From Gemmatimonadales bacterium (GTDB taxonomy: Bacteria; Gemmatimonadota; Gemmatimonadetes; Gemmatimonadales; GWC2-71-9): 64,000 nucleotides of DNA. Positions 48,592-58,384 of the stretch are shown piece after piece. A model generated the notes under the pieces. The model was not told the DNA's origin, searched no databases, and saw nothing but the letters and a program-made list of their open reading frames with translations. Position 1 is the stretch's first letter, and every line of letters starts with the position of its first letter. The DNA is taken from positions 1 to 64,000 of the forward strand of contig JBDIWC010000012.1 in the NCBI GenBank assembly GCA_039794085.1. The letters are read 5' to 3'. A program made the position numbers and the translations under genes.

Positions 48592-49619
48592 GCGGGCTCC
48601 TGAAGGCCGGGGGGGAGCCGGGCCAGGAGGGCCTTGAGGTCGGGTGCGCGCTCCCGGGGAAGCACCAGAATCCGCCCCTGAGCCGCCACGATGATGAGAT
48701 CCGAGACCCCGGCAGCCACAATCACCGGGCCGTCGCTCCACGCCAGGGAGTTCCGGGTGTCCAGCAGGGTGACCGGGCCGACCGGGATGTTCCCGTCACC
48801 ATCCCGTTCCCGGACCCGGAAGAGCGCATCCCAGGTTCCCACGTCGTCCCAGGGAAAGCTCGCGGCAACCACGCCCACCCGATCGCTCCGTTCCAGGACC
48901 GCATGATCGACGGCGATGGGGGTGACGCGCTCATAGAAAGTGGTCACCTCGCCGGACTGCAGCAACGGAAGGTGAGGCGCGAGTTCCGGACTCCAGCGTT
49001 CGACCTCGGCCAGAAACCGCCGGGCGGACCAGGCAAAGAGTCCGCTGTTCCAGAATGCGCCCCGGGCCATGAGTTGGCGTGCCACCTCCGGGGCCGGTTT
49101 CTCCACGAACCGGTCCACGATCCGGACCCCGGACGCCAGGGGGGGACCGGGCATGATGTATCCGAACCCGGGGTCGGGGCGGGTGGGCACGAGGCCCACC
49201 GTCAGCACACGGTCCACCTCGGGAGCGGCGGCCAGAATGGTGGCGGTGGCGCGCCCGAAGGCCTCCGGGTCGGGGAGGTGCCAGTCGGCGTGGACCGACA
49301 CCACCACGGCATCCGGATCCCGCCGCAGCACCTCCGAAGTGCCCCAGGCCAGGGCCGGGGCGGTGGAGGCGGCGCGGGGTTCGGCGAGCACGTTCTCGGG
49401 GTGGACCCCGGGGAGGGAGCGGAAGGCCGTGGCCAGAGCGGCGCTCGTCACCACCAGGATGCGTTCCGGGGGGATCCGTGCGGACAGAATGGAGACCATC
49501 GAGGCCGCCGTGCTGCTTCCCTCTCCCGTGAGGGGAAGGAGTTGCTTGGGGCGGGCAGGCGTACTGAGGGGCCAGAAGCGTGTTCCTCCGCCTCCGGCCA
49601 GCACGATCGCCCAATGCAT
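48588..49619 (-). CDS. manC: Mannose-1-phosphate guanylyltransferase
   Basis: LAGGGGTRFWPLS...PKQ, FVEKP, WNSG and WDDVG motifs. Confidence 0.9.
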   Translation of the reverse strand: MHWAIVLAGGGGTRFWPLSTPARPKQLLPLTGEGSSTAASMVSILSARIPPERILVVTSAALATAFRSLPGVHPENVLAEPRAASTAPALAWGTSEVLRRDPDAVVVSVHADWHLPDPEAFGRATATILAAAPEVDRVLTVGLVPTRPDPGFGYIMPGPPLASGVRIVDRFVEKPAPEVARQLMARGAFWNSGLFAWSARRFLAEVERWSPELAPHLPLLQSGEVTTFYERVTPIAVDHAVLERSDRVGVVAASFPWDDVGTWDALFRVRERDGDGNIPVGPVTLLDTRNSLAWSDGPVIVAAGVSDLIIVAAQGRILVLPRERAPDLKALLARLPPGLQEPA

Positions 49620-49629
49620 GGGGCCGGCC

Positions 49630-49977
49630 TCAGAGCTGGGCGGCGAGAGCGTCCTGCTCCTGCCGCAGGAGATAGAGCAGATCGCCGAGGTCGGCGTCGC
49701 CCCGGGCGAGGATCAGGAGCCGGGTGTCCTGGTCGAGGCGGCTCACGATGACGACGCGGGTGGCGAAGTCCAGGACGAAGGATCCGGCGTTCTCTCCGCC
49801 CACCGCGGCGCCGAGTTCGTCCCCGTGGCGGGCGATGGTGGCGGCGAGGGCGACCGCGGCGTCGGTGTCAGCCCCCGGGGGGAAGGTGCTCTGCACCGGG
49901 AGGCCGTCACTGCTGAGCAGGGCGGCTCCGACCACCTCGGGGCGGGCCGCCAGGCGGGACATCGACTCCTTCAGCAC
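49630..49977 (-). CDS. Roadblock/LC7 (MglB-like) domain protein
   Basis: VVGAALLSSDGLPV; GTG behind GGAGG. Confidence 0.85.
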   Translation of the reverse strand: MLKESMSRLAARPEVVGAALLSSDGLPVQSTFPPGADTDAAVALAATIARHGDELGAAVGGENAGSFVLDFATRVVIVSRLDQDTRLLILARGDADLGDLLYLLRQEQDALAAQL

Positions 49978-50064
49978 GGGGATCCCTCCGGGCAGTCTGG
50001 ATTGGGGAACACAGGGGAGCAACGTAAGGCGGCGCGGGCGCGGAAGTCAAGCAGTGCTAGCGGG

Positions 50065-50093
50065 TTGACCCGGTTTCGCGGCCCTCTTAGTCT
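50065..50093 (+). promoter_or_regulatory. sigma70 promoter giving a leaderless transcript
   Basis: TTGACC-N17-TAGTCT-N5-ATG. Confidence 0.6.
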
Positions 50094-50098
50094 TCGGC

Positions 50099-50665
50099 AT
50101 GTCTCGGCGCCTTCGTCTGCTCCCCTCCGTGATGGTTCTGGCCTCTGTCAGTGGCTGCGGGGGAAACGACCAGCTCTTCCCGGCCTTCAACGCCAACGTG
50201 GAGAGCGAGGCCGTCATGGAGGCGCTCAGCGGGACACCGGTGACCGCGGCCAGCGGCTTCTCGATCATCGGCCAGCGGGCGACGCGTCTGGACCTGGCCA
50301 CCAGCGTGGACTTCATTTTCGACCTCGATGACGAGGACCGTCCACTTTTTCTCCCCGCCCGGGCCGCGGGGTTTCCCGACACCCGCCTGAACGCCGGGCT
50401 CAAGTTGATGAGCGTTCCGTTCGATTCGATTGATCTGGCGGACACCGATGGGTACACCACACTGGAGCCGGTCTTTGTTCAGGTGGGGGAGGTGTACCTG
50501 GCCCGGACCGGTCTCGACGTCAACACCTGCATCCTCTCCCTCCCCCTGTACATGAAGCTCGAGGTGCTGGAGGTGGATCTGGCCGCGCGATCGATCCGGA
50601 TGCGCGTGCTGGCCAACACCAATTGCGGTTTTCGAAGTTTGCTCCCCGGCGTTCCCGAGAGATAG
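50099..50665 (+). CDS. Hypothetical lipoprotein
   Basis: Lipobox VSGC; C-terminal NTNCGFRSL. Confidence 0.75.
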   Translation: MSRRLRLLPSVMVLASVSGCGGNDQLFPAFNANVESEAVMEALSGTPVTAASGFSIIGQRATRLDLATSVDFIFDLDDEDRPLFLPARAAGFPDTRLNAGLKLMSVPFDSIDLADTDGYTTLEPVFVQVGEVYLARTGLDVNTCILSLPLYMKLEVLEVDLAARSIRMRVLANTNCGFRSLLPGVPER

Positions 50666-50670
50666 TCCCC

Positions 50671-51954
50671 ATGATTGACATCCGCGACCTCCGGACCGAT
50701 CCGGAGGGGACGATTGCTTCCCTCGCCCGGCGAGGGGATCCGGATCTCCCCGGTCTCCTGCGGGACATTCTCGCCCTGGATGCCCGGCGGCGGACGCTGC
50801 TGGCCACCGTCGAAACCCGGAAGGCGGAGCGGAACACCGCCACGGAGGAAGTGGCCCGCCGCAAACGCGCCGGGGTCCCGGCCGATGACCTCGTGGCCGC
50901 CCTGCGCGACTCTGGGGACATCGTGCGGGCGCTCGACACCGAGGTGCGGGAGATCGACGTGGCCCTGGAGGAGCGGCTCCTAGCCGTTCCGAATATCCCG
51001 GATCCGGCGGCACCCGACGGGTCCGCCCTGGCCAACCGGGTGATCCGGTCCTGGGGAACCCCCCGGCCGGGCGGGGGAACCTGCCGCCCGCACTGGGATC
51101 TTGGCGAATCCCTGGGTCTGCTGGACCTCCCTCGCGGGGCTCGGATCGCGGGATCGGGTTTTCCGCTGTATCGGGGACTGGGGGCGCGGCTCGTTCGCTC
51201 GCTGGCGTCGTTCATGATCGACCTGCACACCGAGGAGCATGGCTACGTCGAGGTGCTCCCGCCCTACCTCGTCAACCGGGCGTCCCTCCAGGGCACGGGG
51301 CAGCTGCCCAAGTTCGCCGAGGAGGTGTATCACTCGACTGCGGACGACCTGTACCTGATCCCGACCGCCGAGGTCCCGGTCACCAACATCCATCGGGATG
51401 AGATCCTCGAGGAGTCCCAACTTCCGCTCGCCTATGTCGCCTGGACTCCCTGTTTCCGCCGCGAGGCCGGGGCGCATGGAAAGGATACCCGGGGGCTGAT
51501 CCGGGTGCATCAGTTCGACAAGGTGGAACTGGTGCGACTGGTGGAGCCGGGCACGAGCGCGGAGGAACTGGAGCGGATCACCGGGCACGCCGAGCGGGTG
51601 CTCCAGCTCCTGGAGCTTCCTTATCGCGTGGTCGAGCTGGCCGCGGGAGACACCGGGTTCAGCGCCGCGCACACCTTCGACCTCGAAGTCTGGGCCCCGG
51701 GGGCGCAGGCCTGGCTCGAGGTCTCGAGTGCCAGTATGTTCACCGACTTTCAGGCCCGGCGGGCCAACATCCGCTATCGGCCGGCCGGGGGAGGGAAGCC
51801 CCGGTTTGTGCATACCCTGAACGCCTCCGGGCTGGCGTTCCCGCGGGTCATCGCCGCTCTGCTCGAGGTCCATCAGCAGGCGGATGGGTCGGTCCGGCTT
51901 CCGGCCCCTCTGGTGCCCCTGATGCGGACCGACAGCCTGGTGCGGGCGTCATGA
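50671..51954 (+). CDS. serS: Serine--tRNA ligase
   Basis: LIPTAEVP, CFRREAG, RVHQFDKVE and HTLNASG motifs. Confidence 0.98.
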   Translation: MIDIRDLRTDPEGTIASLARRGDPDLPGLLRDILALDARRRTLLATVETRKAERNTATEEVARRKRAGVPADDLVAALRDSGDIVRALDTEVREIDVALEERLLAVPNIPDPAAPDGSALANRVIRSWGTPRPGGGTCRPHWDLGESLGLLDLPRGARIAGSGFPLYRGLGARLVRSLASFMIDLHTEEHGYVEVLPPYLVNRASLQGTGQLPKFAEEVYHSTADDLYLIPTAEVPVTNIHRDEILEESQLPLAYVAWTPCFRREAGAHGKDTRGLIRVHQFDKVELVRLVEPGTSAEELERITGHAERVLQLLELPYRVVELAAGDTGFSAAHTFDLEVWAPGAQAWLEVSSASMFTDFQARRANIRYRPAGGGKPRFVHTLNASGLAFPRVIAALLEVHQQADGSVRLPAPLVPLMRTDSLVRAS

Positions 51955-54251
51955 CCCCGGGGGAAGGAACGACTCTGCCCGGCTTGAACGCCGCCCAGCG
52001 CGAGGCGGTGGCGCATACCCACGGTCCCCTCCTCGTTCTCGCGGGGGCCGGATCGGGAAAGACCCGTGTTCTCACCGCCCGGATTGCGCATCTGCTGGAG
52101 TCCCACGGGGTGGCGCCCGACCGCATCTTCGCCGTGACGTTCACGAATCGCGCCGCCGGCGAAATGAAGGCTCGCGTGGCTCATCTTCTGGGCCGGGATC
52201 CGGCGGGGCTGTGGATCGGGACCTTCCACTCTCTTTCGGCCCGCCTGCTGCGCCGCGAGGCGCATCGGCTCGGGTTCGCCCCCGGGTTCACGATCTACGA
52301 CGAGGACGATCGCCTGCGGCTCCTCAAACGGGTGATGGAGACGCGGAACCACTCCACCAAGCTCTTCCCCCCCAAGCTGGTCCAGCACATCGTTTCCTCG
52401 GCGAAGAACCGGATGCTGTCTCCCGAGGCGCTCCTGGCCGGCGCCCCGAACGATCCGCTGATCGCGGTGGCCGCCGACGTCCTCGGAGCCCTGGGCCGGG
52501 CCCTGCTCGCCGCCAATGCGATGGACTTTGACGACCTCCTCCTGCATCCGCTCACGCTGTTCCAGCAGCATCCGGATCGGAGAGAGGCGTGGCAGCGCCG
52601 GTTCCAGCATGTGCTGGTGGACGAGTTCCAGGACACCAACCTGGCGCAGTATCAGCTGGTCCGGTCGCTCGGACATCACGGCAACGTGTGCGTGGTCGGG
52701 GATGACGATCAGTCGATCTACGGGTGGCGGGGCGCGGATGTGGGAAACATGAGGGCCTTTCAGAAGGACTTTCCGGGCGCGGCGCTGATCCGTCTCGAGG
52801 AGAACTACCGGTCCACCCGGGTGATTCTCGACAGTGCCAACGCGGCGATCGCCCGGAACCAGGGACGGATCGGCAAGACGTTGCGGACGGTTCGCCAGGG
52901 GGGGGAACGGCTGACGGTCCTGTCCGCGGCGGACGAGCGCGACGAGGCGGAATGGCTGGCGGCCGAGCTGGACCGCCGGATCCAGTCGGGCGATCGCGAG
53001 CCGCGCGAGATGGCCGTGTTGTATCGCACCAATGCGCAGTCCCGGGCCCTCGAAGAGGCGTTCCGGCGCGCGGGAATCCCCCATCGCATCATCGGAGCCA
53101 TCAGCTTCTATGACCGGCGCGAGGTGAAGGACCTGATCGCCTATCTGCGCCTGGTGGTGAATCCCGCCGACGACCAGGCCTTCCTGCGCGCGGTGGGTGT
53201 TCCGAAGCGCGGCATCGGGGAGGCGAGCCTCGGGCTCCTCCAGGAACGCGCCACCACCTGGGGCATGTCCCTGCACGAGGCGGCCCGCCGGGCGGAGTGT
53301 CTCGACGGGCTCCGCCCCAACGTCCGCTCCGCGCTCCAGCGATTTGCCGGCCTGACGCGCGACCTCGCGGATCGTCACCCCGAGGCCCCTCCCGCCGTGG
53401 TGATCGAGGACCTGATCCGGTCCCTCGACTACGAGGGCGTGCTGCGGGCGGAGGGGCCGGAGGGCGAGGAACGCTGGGACAATGTGCGGGAGCTCCTCGC
53501 CGCCGCGGCGGCCTGGTCGGAGGTGGTTCCCGAGGAGCCGGCCGAGAGCGAGATCCGCACGTCCCCGCTGCACCGATTTCTGGCCGAGGCGGCGCTGCTG
53601 TCCGGCGACGACCGGCGCACGGGATCCGAGGACGGGGTGACGCTGATGACCCTGCACACCGCGAAGGGCCTGGAGTGGCCGGTCGTGGCCCTCGCGGGAA
53701 TGGAGGACGGCCTGTTTCCCCTGGGACGCGCGCTCGAGACGGTCGATGGTCTGGAGGAAGAACGGAGGCTGTTTTACGTGGGACTGACACGGGCCAAAGA
53801 CACCGTGATCCTGACGTGGGCCCGGGCCCGTCGCCGGGGTGGCGAATTGAAGCCGGGAACCGCCTCCCGGTTTCTCGATGACCTCCCTCCGGCGCTGGTG
53901 GAGGAGCGGCAGACCTCCACCATGTGGCGCCCCACCCTCGGAGGACAGCGCGGATGGCGGGGGGCGTCGCGGTCCTCCTCCTGGTCCGGAGGTGCGGCCC
54001 CCCGGGCCGCGCCCGCGAGGGCGGTACCGGTGGCGGACACCTGGCCCGAGGAGGAGGCCTCGCAGGTGGCTCCCCGCTACGTCAAGGGGGAACGGGTGCG
54101 CCATCGCCGCTTCGGGAGCGGGGTCATCCGGGGCCTCACCGGGACGGGAAAGGCGCTCGCGGTGTCGGTCGTTTTTGATGACTCCGAGATCGGAGCCAAG
54201 ACCCTGCTGGTGGCGTATGCCGGCCTCGAACGCGATTGGGATCCCGCATGA
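51951..54251 (+). CDS. pcrA: UvrD/PcrA ATP-dependent helicase
   Basis: AGAGSGKT, VDEFQD, VGDDDQSIY, ENYRS, TLHTAKGLE and EERRLFYVGLTRA motifs; C-terminal Tudor-like domain. Confidence 0.93.
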   Translation: MTPGEGTTLPGLNAAQREAVAHTHGPLLVLAGAGSGKTRVLTARIAHLLESHGVAPDRIFAVTFTNRAAGEMKARVAHLLGRDPAGLWIGTFHSLSARLLRREAHRLGFAPGFTIYDEDDRLRLLKRVMETRNHSTKLFPPKLVQHIVSSAKNRMLSPEALLAGAPNDPLIAVAADVLGALGRALLAANAMDFDDLLLHPLTLFQQHPDRREAWQRRFQHVLVDEFQDTNLAQYQLVRSLGHHGNVCVVGDDDQSIYGWRGADVGNMRAFQKDFPGAALIRLEENYRSTRVILDSANAAIARNQGRIGKTLRTVRQGGERLTVLSAADERDEAEWLAAELDRRIQSGDREPREMAVLYRTNAQSRALEEAFRRAGIPHRIIGAISFYDRREVKDLIAYLRLVVNPADDQAFLRAVGVPKRGIGEASLGLLQERATTWGMSLHEAARRAECLDGLRPNVRSALQRFAGLTRDLADRHPEAPPAVVIEDLIRSLDYEGVLRAEGPEGEERWDNVRELLAAAAAWSEVVPEEPAESEIRTSPLHRFLAEAALLSGDDRRTGSEDGVTLMTLHTAKGLEWPVVALAGMEDGLFPLGRALETVDGLEEERRLFYVGLTRAKDTVILTWARARRRGGELKPGTASRFLDDLPPALVEERQTSTMWRPTLGGQRGWRGASRSSSWSGGAAPRAAPARAVPVADTWPEEEASQVAPRYVKGERVRHRRFGSGVIRGLTGTGKALAVSVVFDDSEIGAKTLLVAYAGLERDWDPA

Positions 54252-55516
54252 CCCACGTCTCCCACCCCCCGGTTCCCGCAACCAGCGGTCTCATGGACGT
54301 GGCCACCATCCGGGAGGCGTTCCCGGCCCTGGATCGCCGCCACGGTGACCAGGCGGTGGCCTATTTCGATGGCCCGGGAGGGACCCAGGTGCCTCGTGTC
54401 GTGGGCGAGGCGATGCTCGACTATCTCTACCATCACAACGCGAACACCCACTGGCACTATCCATCGAGTGCCGAAACCGACGCGATTCTGGCCGACGCGC
54501 GGGAGACCTTCACGGCCCTGCTCGGGGGGACCGCCCGTGAGGTGGTGTTCGGTGCCAACATGACCACCCTCACCTTCCATGTGGCGCGGGGGCTGGGCCG
54601 GGAGTGGGGGCCGGGGGACGAAATCGTGGTCACCGACCTGGACCACCATGCCAACGTGGCCCCGTGGCGGGCCCTGGCGGACGAGCGCGGGGTCACCATC
54701 CGGTCGGTTCCCTTCCACCCGGAGGATGGCACGCTGGATTGGGAGCGGTTCGCCGAGGCGGTCACGCCACGGACCCGGCTCGTGGCGGTGGGCGCCGCCT
54801 CCAACGCTCTCGGCACGGTGAACGACCTGCCCCGCGCCGCCGCTCTGGCCCGGGAGGCCGGGGCCCTGTTGTTCGTCGACGCGGTGCATGGGGCGGCGCA
54901 CGGGACCTTCGATCGGGTGGCCCTCGGGGCCGACCTGATCGCCTGTTCCCCCTACAAGTTCTACGGCCCCCATCTCGGCGTGTTGAGTGGCGACGAGGCA
55001 CTCCTCACCCGGATCCGCATTCCCCGGTTGGATCCCGCCCCGGCGGACGCACCGGAACGGATCGAAACCGGCACCCAGAACCACGAGGCCATCGCGGGAG
55101 CGGCGGCCGCCGTGCGGTGGCTGGCGTCTCTCGCGCCGGACGAGAGTGGTCGTCCGCTCCGGTCGAGACTCCAGGATGTCATGCACGGACTGCATGAGCG
55201 GGGACAGGTGCTCTGTACGGCGCTGTGGGCGGGGTTGAGCGGGTGCCCCGGGGTTCGGCTGTATGGTCCCCCTCCGACGGGAGAGCGGACGCCTACCGTG
55301 GGATTCACCGTGGAGGGAGTTTCCTCCGCGCGGGTGGCCGAGGCGCTCGCCGACCGCGGGGTGTTCGTGTCCCATGGCGACTTCTACGCGGCCACCGTGG
55401 TCGAGCGACTGGGTCTGGGGGACGACGGTCTGGTGCGGGCGGGTGCCGCCTGCTACACCACCATGGCGGAAGTGGAGCGACTCATCGCGGGGGTGGAGTC
55501 CCTGAGTCGGGAGTGA
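54248..55516 (+). CDS. Cysteine desulfurase-like class V aminotransferase
   Basis: YFDGPGGTQVP, DHHANV, VDAVH and SPYKFYGPH motifs; alternative start 54293. Confidence 0.9.
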   Translation: MTHVSHPPVPATSGLMDVATIREAFPALDRRHGDQAVAYFDGPGGTQVPRVVGEAMLDYLYHHNANTHWHYPSSAETDAILADARETFTALLGGTAREVVFGANMTTLTFHVARGLGREWGPGDEIVVTDLDHHANVAPWRALADERGVTIRSVPFHPEDGTLDWERFAEAVTPRTRLVAVGAASNALGTVNDLPRAAALAREAGALLFVDAVHGAAHGTFDRVALGADLIACSPYKFYGPHLGVLSGDEALLTRIRIPRLDPAPADAPERIETGTQNHEAIAGAAAAVRWLASLAPDESGRPLRSRLQDVMHGLHERGQVLCTALWAGLSGCPGVRLYGPPPTGERTPTVGFTVEGVSSARVAEALADRGVFVSHGDFYAATVVERLGLGDDGLVRAGAACYTTMAEVERLIAGVESLSRE

Positions 55517-56507
55517 GGTCGGGGGCGGCGGGTGATCCATTGCGGGGGACCGTGGCGACCGCGGTGGCCGCCGCCGCGGCCGCGGCCGCCTGGACCCAGG
55601 GACGGTCCAGGATGGCGTCGCGCCAGTAGGTCCGCGCCTCGGTGGGCAACCCGAAATGACCTTCCGCCACCTCCAGGAGACGTTCGGGCTCGTACCATCC
55701 CCCGCTCAGGAGGGCGGTACGCCGGATGCGTTTGGCTCGCTGGAGCGGGTCATGACCCACCGGGTCGAACTGATGCACCCGCGCCGTGTCTCCCGCCAGC
55801 GTCTCCATCGAAAAATCGTACGCCAGGCCGAGATGACGCTCCACGTCGGCATCGGTGAGCAACCAGCGACTCCGCTCCCGCGCCACCTGCATGGCCCGCT
55901 GCCAGCTCCGGGTGTGGGTCAGGTGGACCATGCCGCGGAAGATCCGGCGGTTGGTCGGGACACTGAAGAGGGTGGGGGAGATGATCTGTTCCAGGTGCCG
56001 GTCCGCCGGCTCGTGGTCGAGCTGGATGATCTCCCGGGCACGCCGGGCGTACCGGTCGGTGAGGTGGGTCTCGGCTCGGCTCTCCCAGTAGCTGTGTCCC
56101 ATTGAACGGGTGCTGCTGGTGAGGAGCAGCTGTCGCGGCACGAAGTAGTTGTGGGCGACGGTGTCGGCGGCCAGATGCGTGAGATACCCGAGACCGAAAG
56201 CGCGAAGTGCGTCCTGCTCGGCGCGGGTGTGGACCTCATGACCGACCTGCCAGAAATGGGAGTGACGTCCCGGCGGAACGTAATGCTTGGCGATCGACGT
56301 GTCCGGGGCGATGGTCCCGTAGAGAAAATCATACGGGAAGGCATGAAGCAACTCGGCCGTGGCCGCGGGAAGCAGCCGGAGGTTGGTGAGGATGGACTCA
56401 CCGAGGTAGATGTGCGTACCGGGAGTCCACGCCCAGGCGCTGTCGGGGAGGATCACAAGCAGCAGAATCCCGGCCACCAGGACCCGGCCTGCCGCGCGAA
56501 CGGTCAT
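55482..56507 (-). CDS. Zinc-dependent phospholipase C family protein
   Basis: Signal peptide then WTPGTH; APD, HSHFW, GYLTHLAADTVAH and HSYWE motifs. Confidence 0.82.
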   Translation of the reverse strand: MTVRAAGRVLVAGILLLVILPDSAWAWTPGTHIYLGESILTNLRLLPAATAELLHAFPYDFLYGTIAPDTSIAKHYVPPGRHSHFWQVGHEVHTRAEQDALRAFGLGYLTHLAADTVAHNYFVPRQLLLTSSTRSMGHSYWESRAETHLTDRYARRAREIIQLDHEPADRHLEQIISPTLFSVPTNRRIFRGMVHLTHTRSWQRAMQVARERSRWLLTDADVERHLGLAYDFSMETLAGDTARVHQFDPVGHDPLQRAKRIRRTALLSGGWYEPERLLEVAEGHFGLPTEARTYWRDAILDRPWVQAAAAAAAATAVATVPRNGSPAAPDLTPDSGTPPPR

Positions 56508-56995
56508 CCGCGCTTCCGCTTCTGAGCTCGCCGGCTGAGGAAGCGGGACACCTGCCCACCGATCCGGGCGAATTTCCCTCCCAGGCCAACCCCGGTCCGC
56601 ACCGTTCTGACGGCGGCCGCGACACCCAGCGAGGTGTCCTCCACTTCCTCCCGCAAGACCTCGTACAGTGTGTCGAGCTCCTCGAACCGCTCCTGCAGCC
56701 GATCGGCTCCCCGGGTGACGCGTCGGCGCAGGCGGCGGCTGGTCAGGAGGATCGCCTCCACCTCGTGACGGACGGAATGTTTGAGGGAATCGGCCTCCCG
56801 GACCAGGGAGGCAAGCGCCGTGATCGTGGGCCCGAGTTCGGTGGTCAGCCGATCCACGTTCTGCGCCATCCGGTCACTCTGGGCCTTGAAGTCGAGGGCA
56901 AGCCGGATCAGGACACCCGCGATGATCAGGAATGCCACGGCGATCAGAACCAGAGCGACGGCCACAACGGGCCCGACCCAGGCCGGTGTCACCAT
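56504..56995 (-). CDS. DUF948-like membrane-anchored coiled-coil protein
   Basis: RBS GGGAGG; N-terminal TM helix, coiled coil, basic tail. Confidence 0.7.
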   Translation of the reverse strand: MVTPAWVGPVVAVALVLIAVAFLIIAGVLIRLALDFKAQSDRMAQNVDRLTTELGPTITALASLVREADSLKHSVRHEVEAILLTSRRLRRRVTRGADRLQERFEELDTLYEVLREEVEDTSLGVAAAVRTVRTGVGLGGKFARIGGQVSRFLSRRAQKRKRG

Positions 56996-57100
56996 GGGGA
57001 GCCTCCCGAAGTTGGTGATCCATGGGTGCTCGGCATGGAGGGAAGATAATGCCCCGGGACTCCGCTTGACGGACTTTCGGCAACCGGCGAGGTTTGCGCG

Positions 57101-58384
57101 ATGGCTCCTCGATTCCATGTCCTCGGTGGTCGCCCCCTGACCGGCACGATCCATCCCGCCGGGAACAAGAACGCGGCTCTTCCCCTCATCGCCGCCACCC
57201 TGCTCGCCGACGGACCGGTGGAACTGGGGAATATCCCGAGAATCCGGGATGTGGAGATGCTTCTCGCTCTCCTCGAGCATCTGGGATCCCGCGTGGAATG
57301 GACCGCGGCCAATACGGTGGTGGTGGATACCGCCGCGGCGGAACCCCGGGCCCTCGATCCCGATCTCTGTGCCCGCATCAGAGCCTCGATCCTCCTCGCC
57401 GGCCCCCTCCTGGCCCGGTTCGGAGCGGTGGCCCTTCCTCCCCCCGGTGGCGACGTGATCGGCCGTCGCCGGGTGGACACTCATTTCCTGGCGCTGGAAC
57501 AGCTCGGCGCCCGCATCCACGTGGGGGAACGCTACGAAATCGAGGGGCGGAATCTCCGGGGAGCGGACATCTTTCTGGACGAGCCGAGTGTGACCGGAAC
57601 CGAGAACGCCCTGATGGCCGCTGTGGCCGCCTCGGGAAGGACGATTCTCCGGAACGCCGCCTCGGAGCCCCATGTGCAGGACCTGGCGCGAGGGCTGGTC
57701 GCCATGGGCGCCCGGATCGACGGGATTGGCACCAATGGGTACATCATCGAGGGCGGCCTCCCGCTCCGGGGGTGTCCCATCACGATCGGGGCTGATCACA
57801 TCGAGATCGCCAGCTTCATCGGGTTGGCTGCCGCCACCAACAGCGAGATCACCATCGACGGGGTGCGGGGGGAGGATCTCCGGAGCACCCTGACGGGGTT
57901 CGAGCGGCTCGGGGTCCGGCCCCGGCTGGAGGGACATCTGCTGCATGTCGACCGGGACCAGGAGCGGCGGATCCGTCCCGATCTGGGCGGACATGTGCCG
58001 AAGCTGGAGGATGGACCGTGGCCGGCCTTCCCGGCCGACGCCATGTCCATCGCCCTGGTCACGGCCACCCAGTGCCAGGGGCTCCTTCTCGTGTTCGAGA
58101 AGATGTTCGAATCCCGGCTTTTCTTCGTCGACAAGCTCATCGGCATGGGGGCGCGGATCGTCCTCTGTGATCCGCATCGCGCGGTGATTGCCGGCCCCTC
58201 TCCCCTGCGGGGCGCCGTGGTGGAATCCCCCGACATCCGGGCCGGCATGGCGATGCTGGTGGCCGCCCTTGCCGCCGAGGGAACGAGCACCATCCACAAC
58301 GTCGGGCAGATCGAGCGGGGATATGAGCAGATTGACTCCCGCCTCCGCGCCCTGGGGGCGGAGGTGGAACGGGTGGACGATTGA
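57101..58384 (+). CDS. murA: UDP-N-acetylglucosamine 1-carboxyvinyltransferase
   Basis: GNKNAALP, RASILL, PSVTGTEN, SPDIRAG and IERGYE motifs. Confidence 0.97.
   Translation: MAPRFHVLGGRPLTGTIHPAGNKNAALPLIAATLLADGPVELGNIPRIRDVEMLLALLEHLGSRVEWTAANTVVVDTAAAEPRALDPDLCARIRASILLAGPLLARFGAVALPPPGGDVIGRRRVDTHFLALEQLGARIHVGERYEIEGRNLRGADIFLDEPSVTGTENALMAAVAASGRTILRNAASEPHVQDLARGLVAMGARIDGIGTNGYIIEGGLPLRGCPITIGADHIEIASFIGLAAATNSEITIDGVRGEDLRSTLTGFERLGVRPRLEGHLLHVDRDQERRIRPDLGGHVPKLEDGPWPAFPADAMSIALVTATQCQGLLLVFEKMFESRLFFVDKLIGMGARIVLCDPHRAVIAGPSPLRGAVVESPDIRAGMAMLVAALAAEGTSTIHNVGQIERGYEQIDSRLRALGAEVERVDD

Noticed and set aside
55482..55590. Ala run and 35-nt convergent overlap at the phospholipase C-like gene's 3' end
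   Set aside because: Most likely a low-complexity tail extension in GC-rich DNA; no sign of function.
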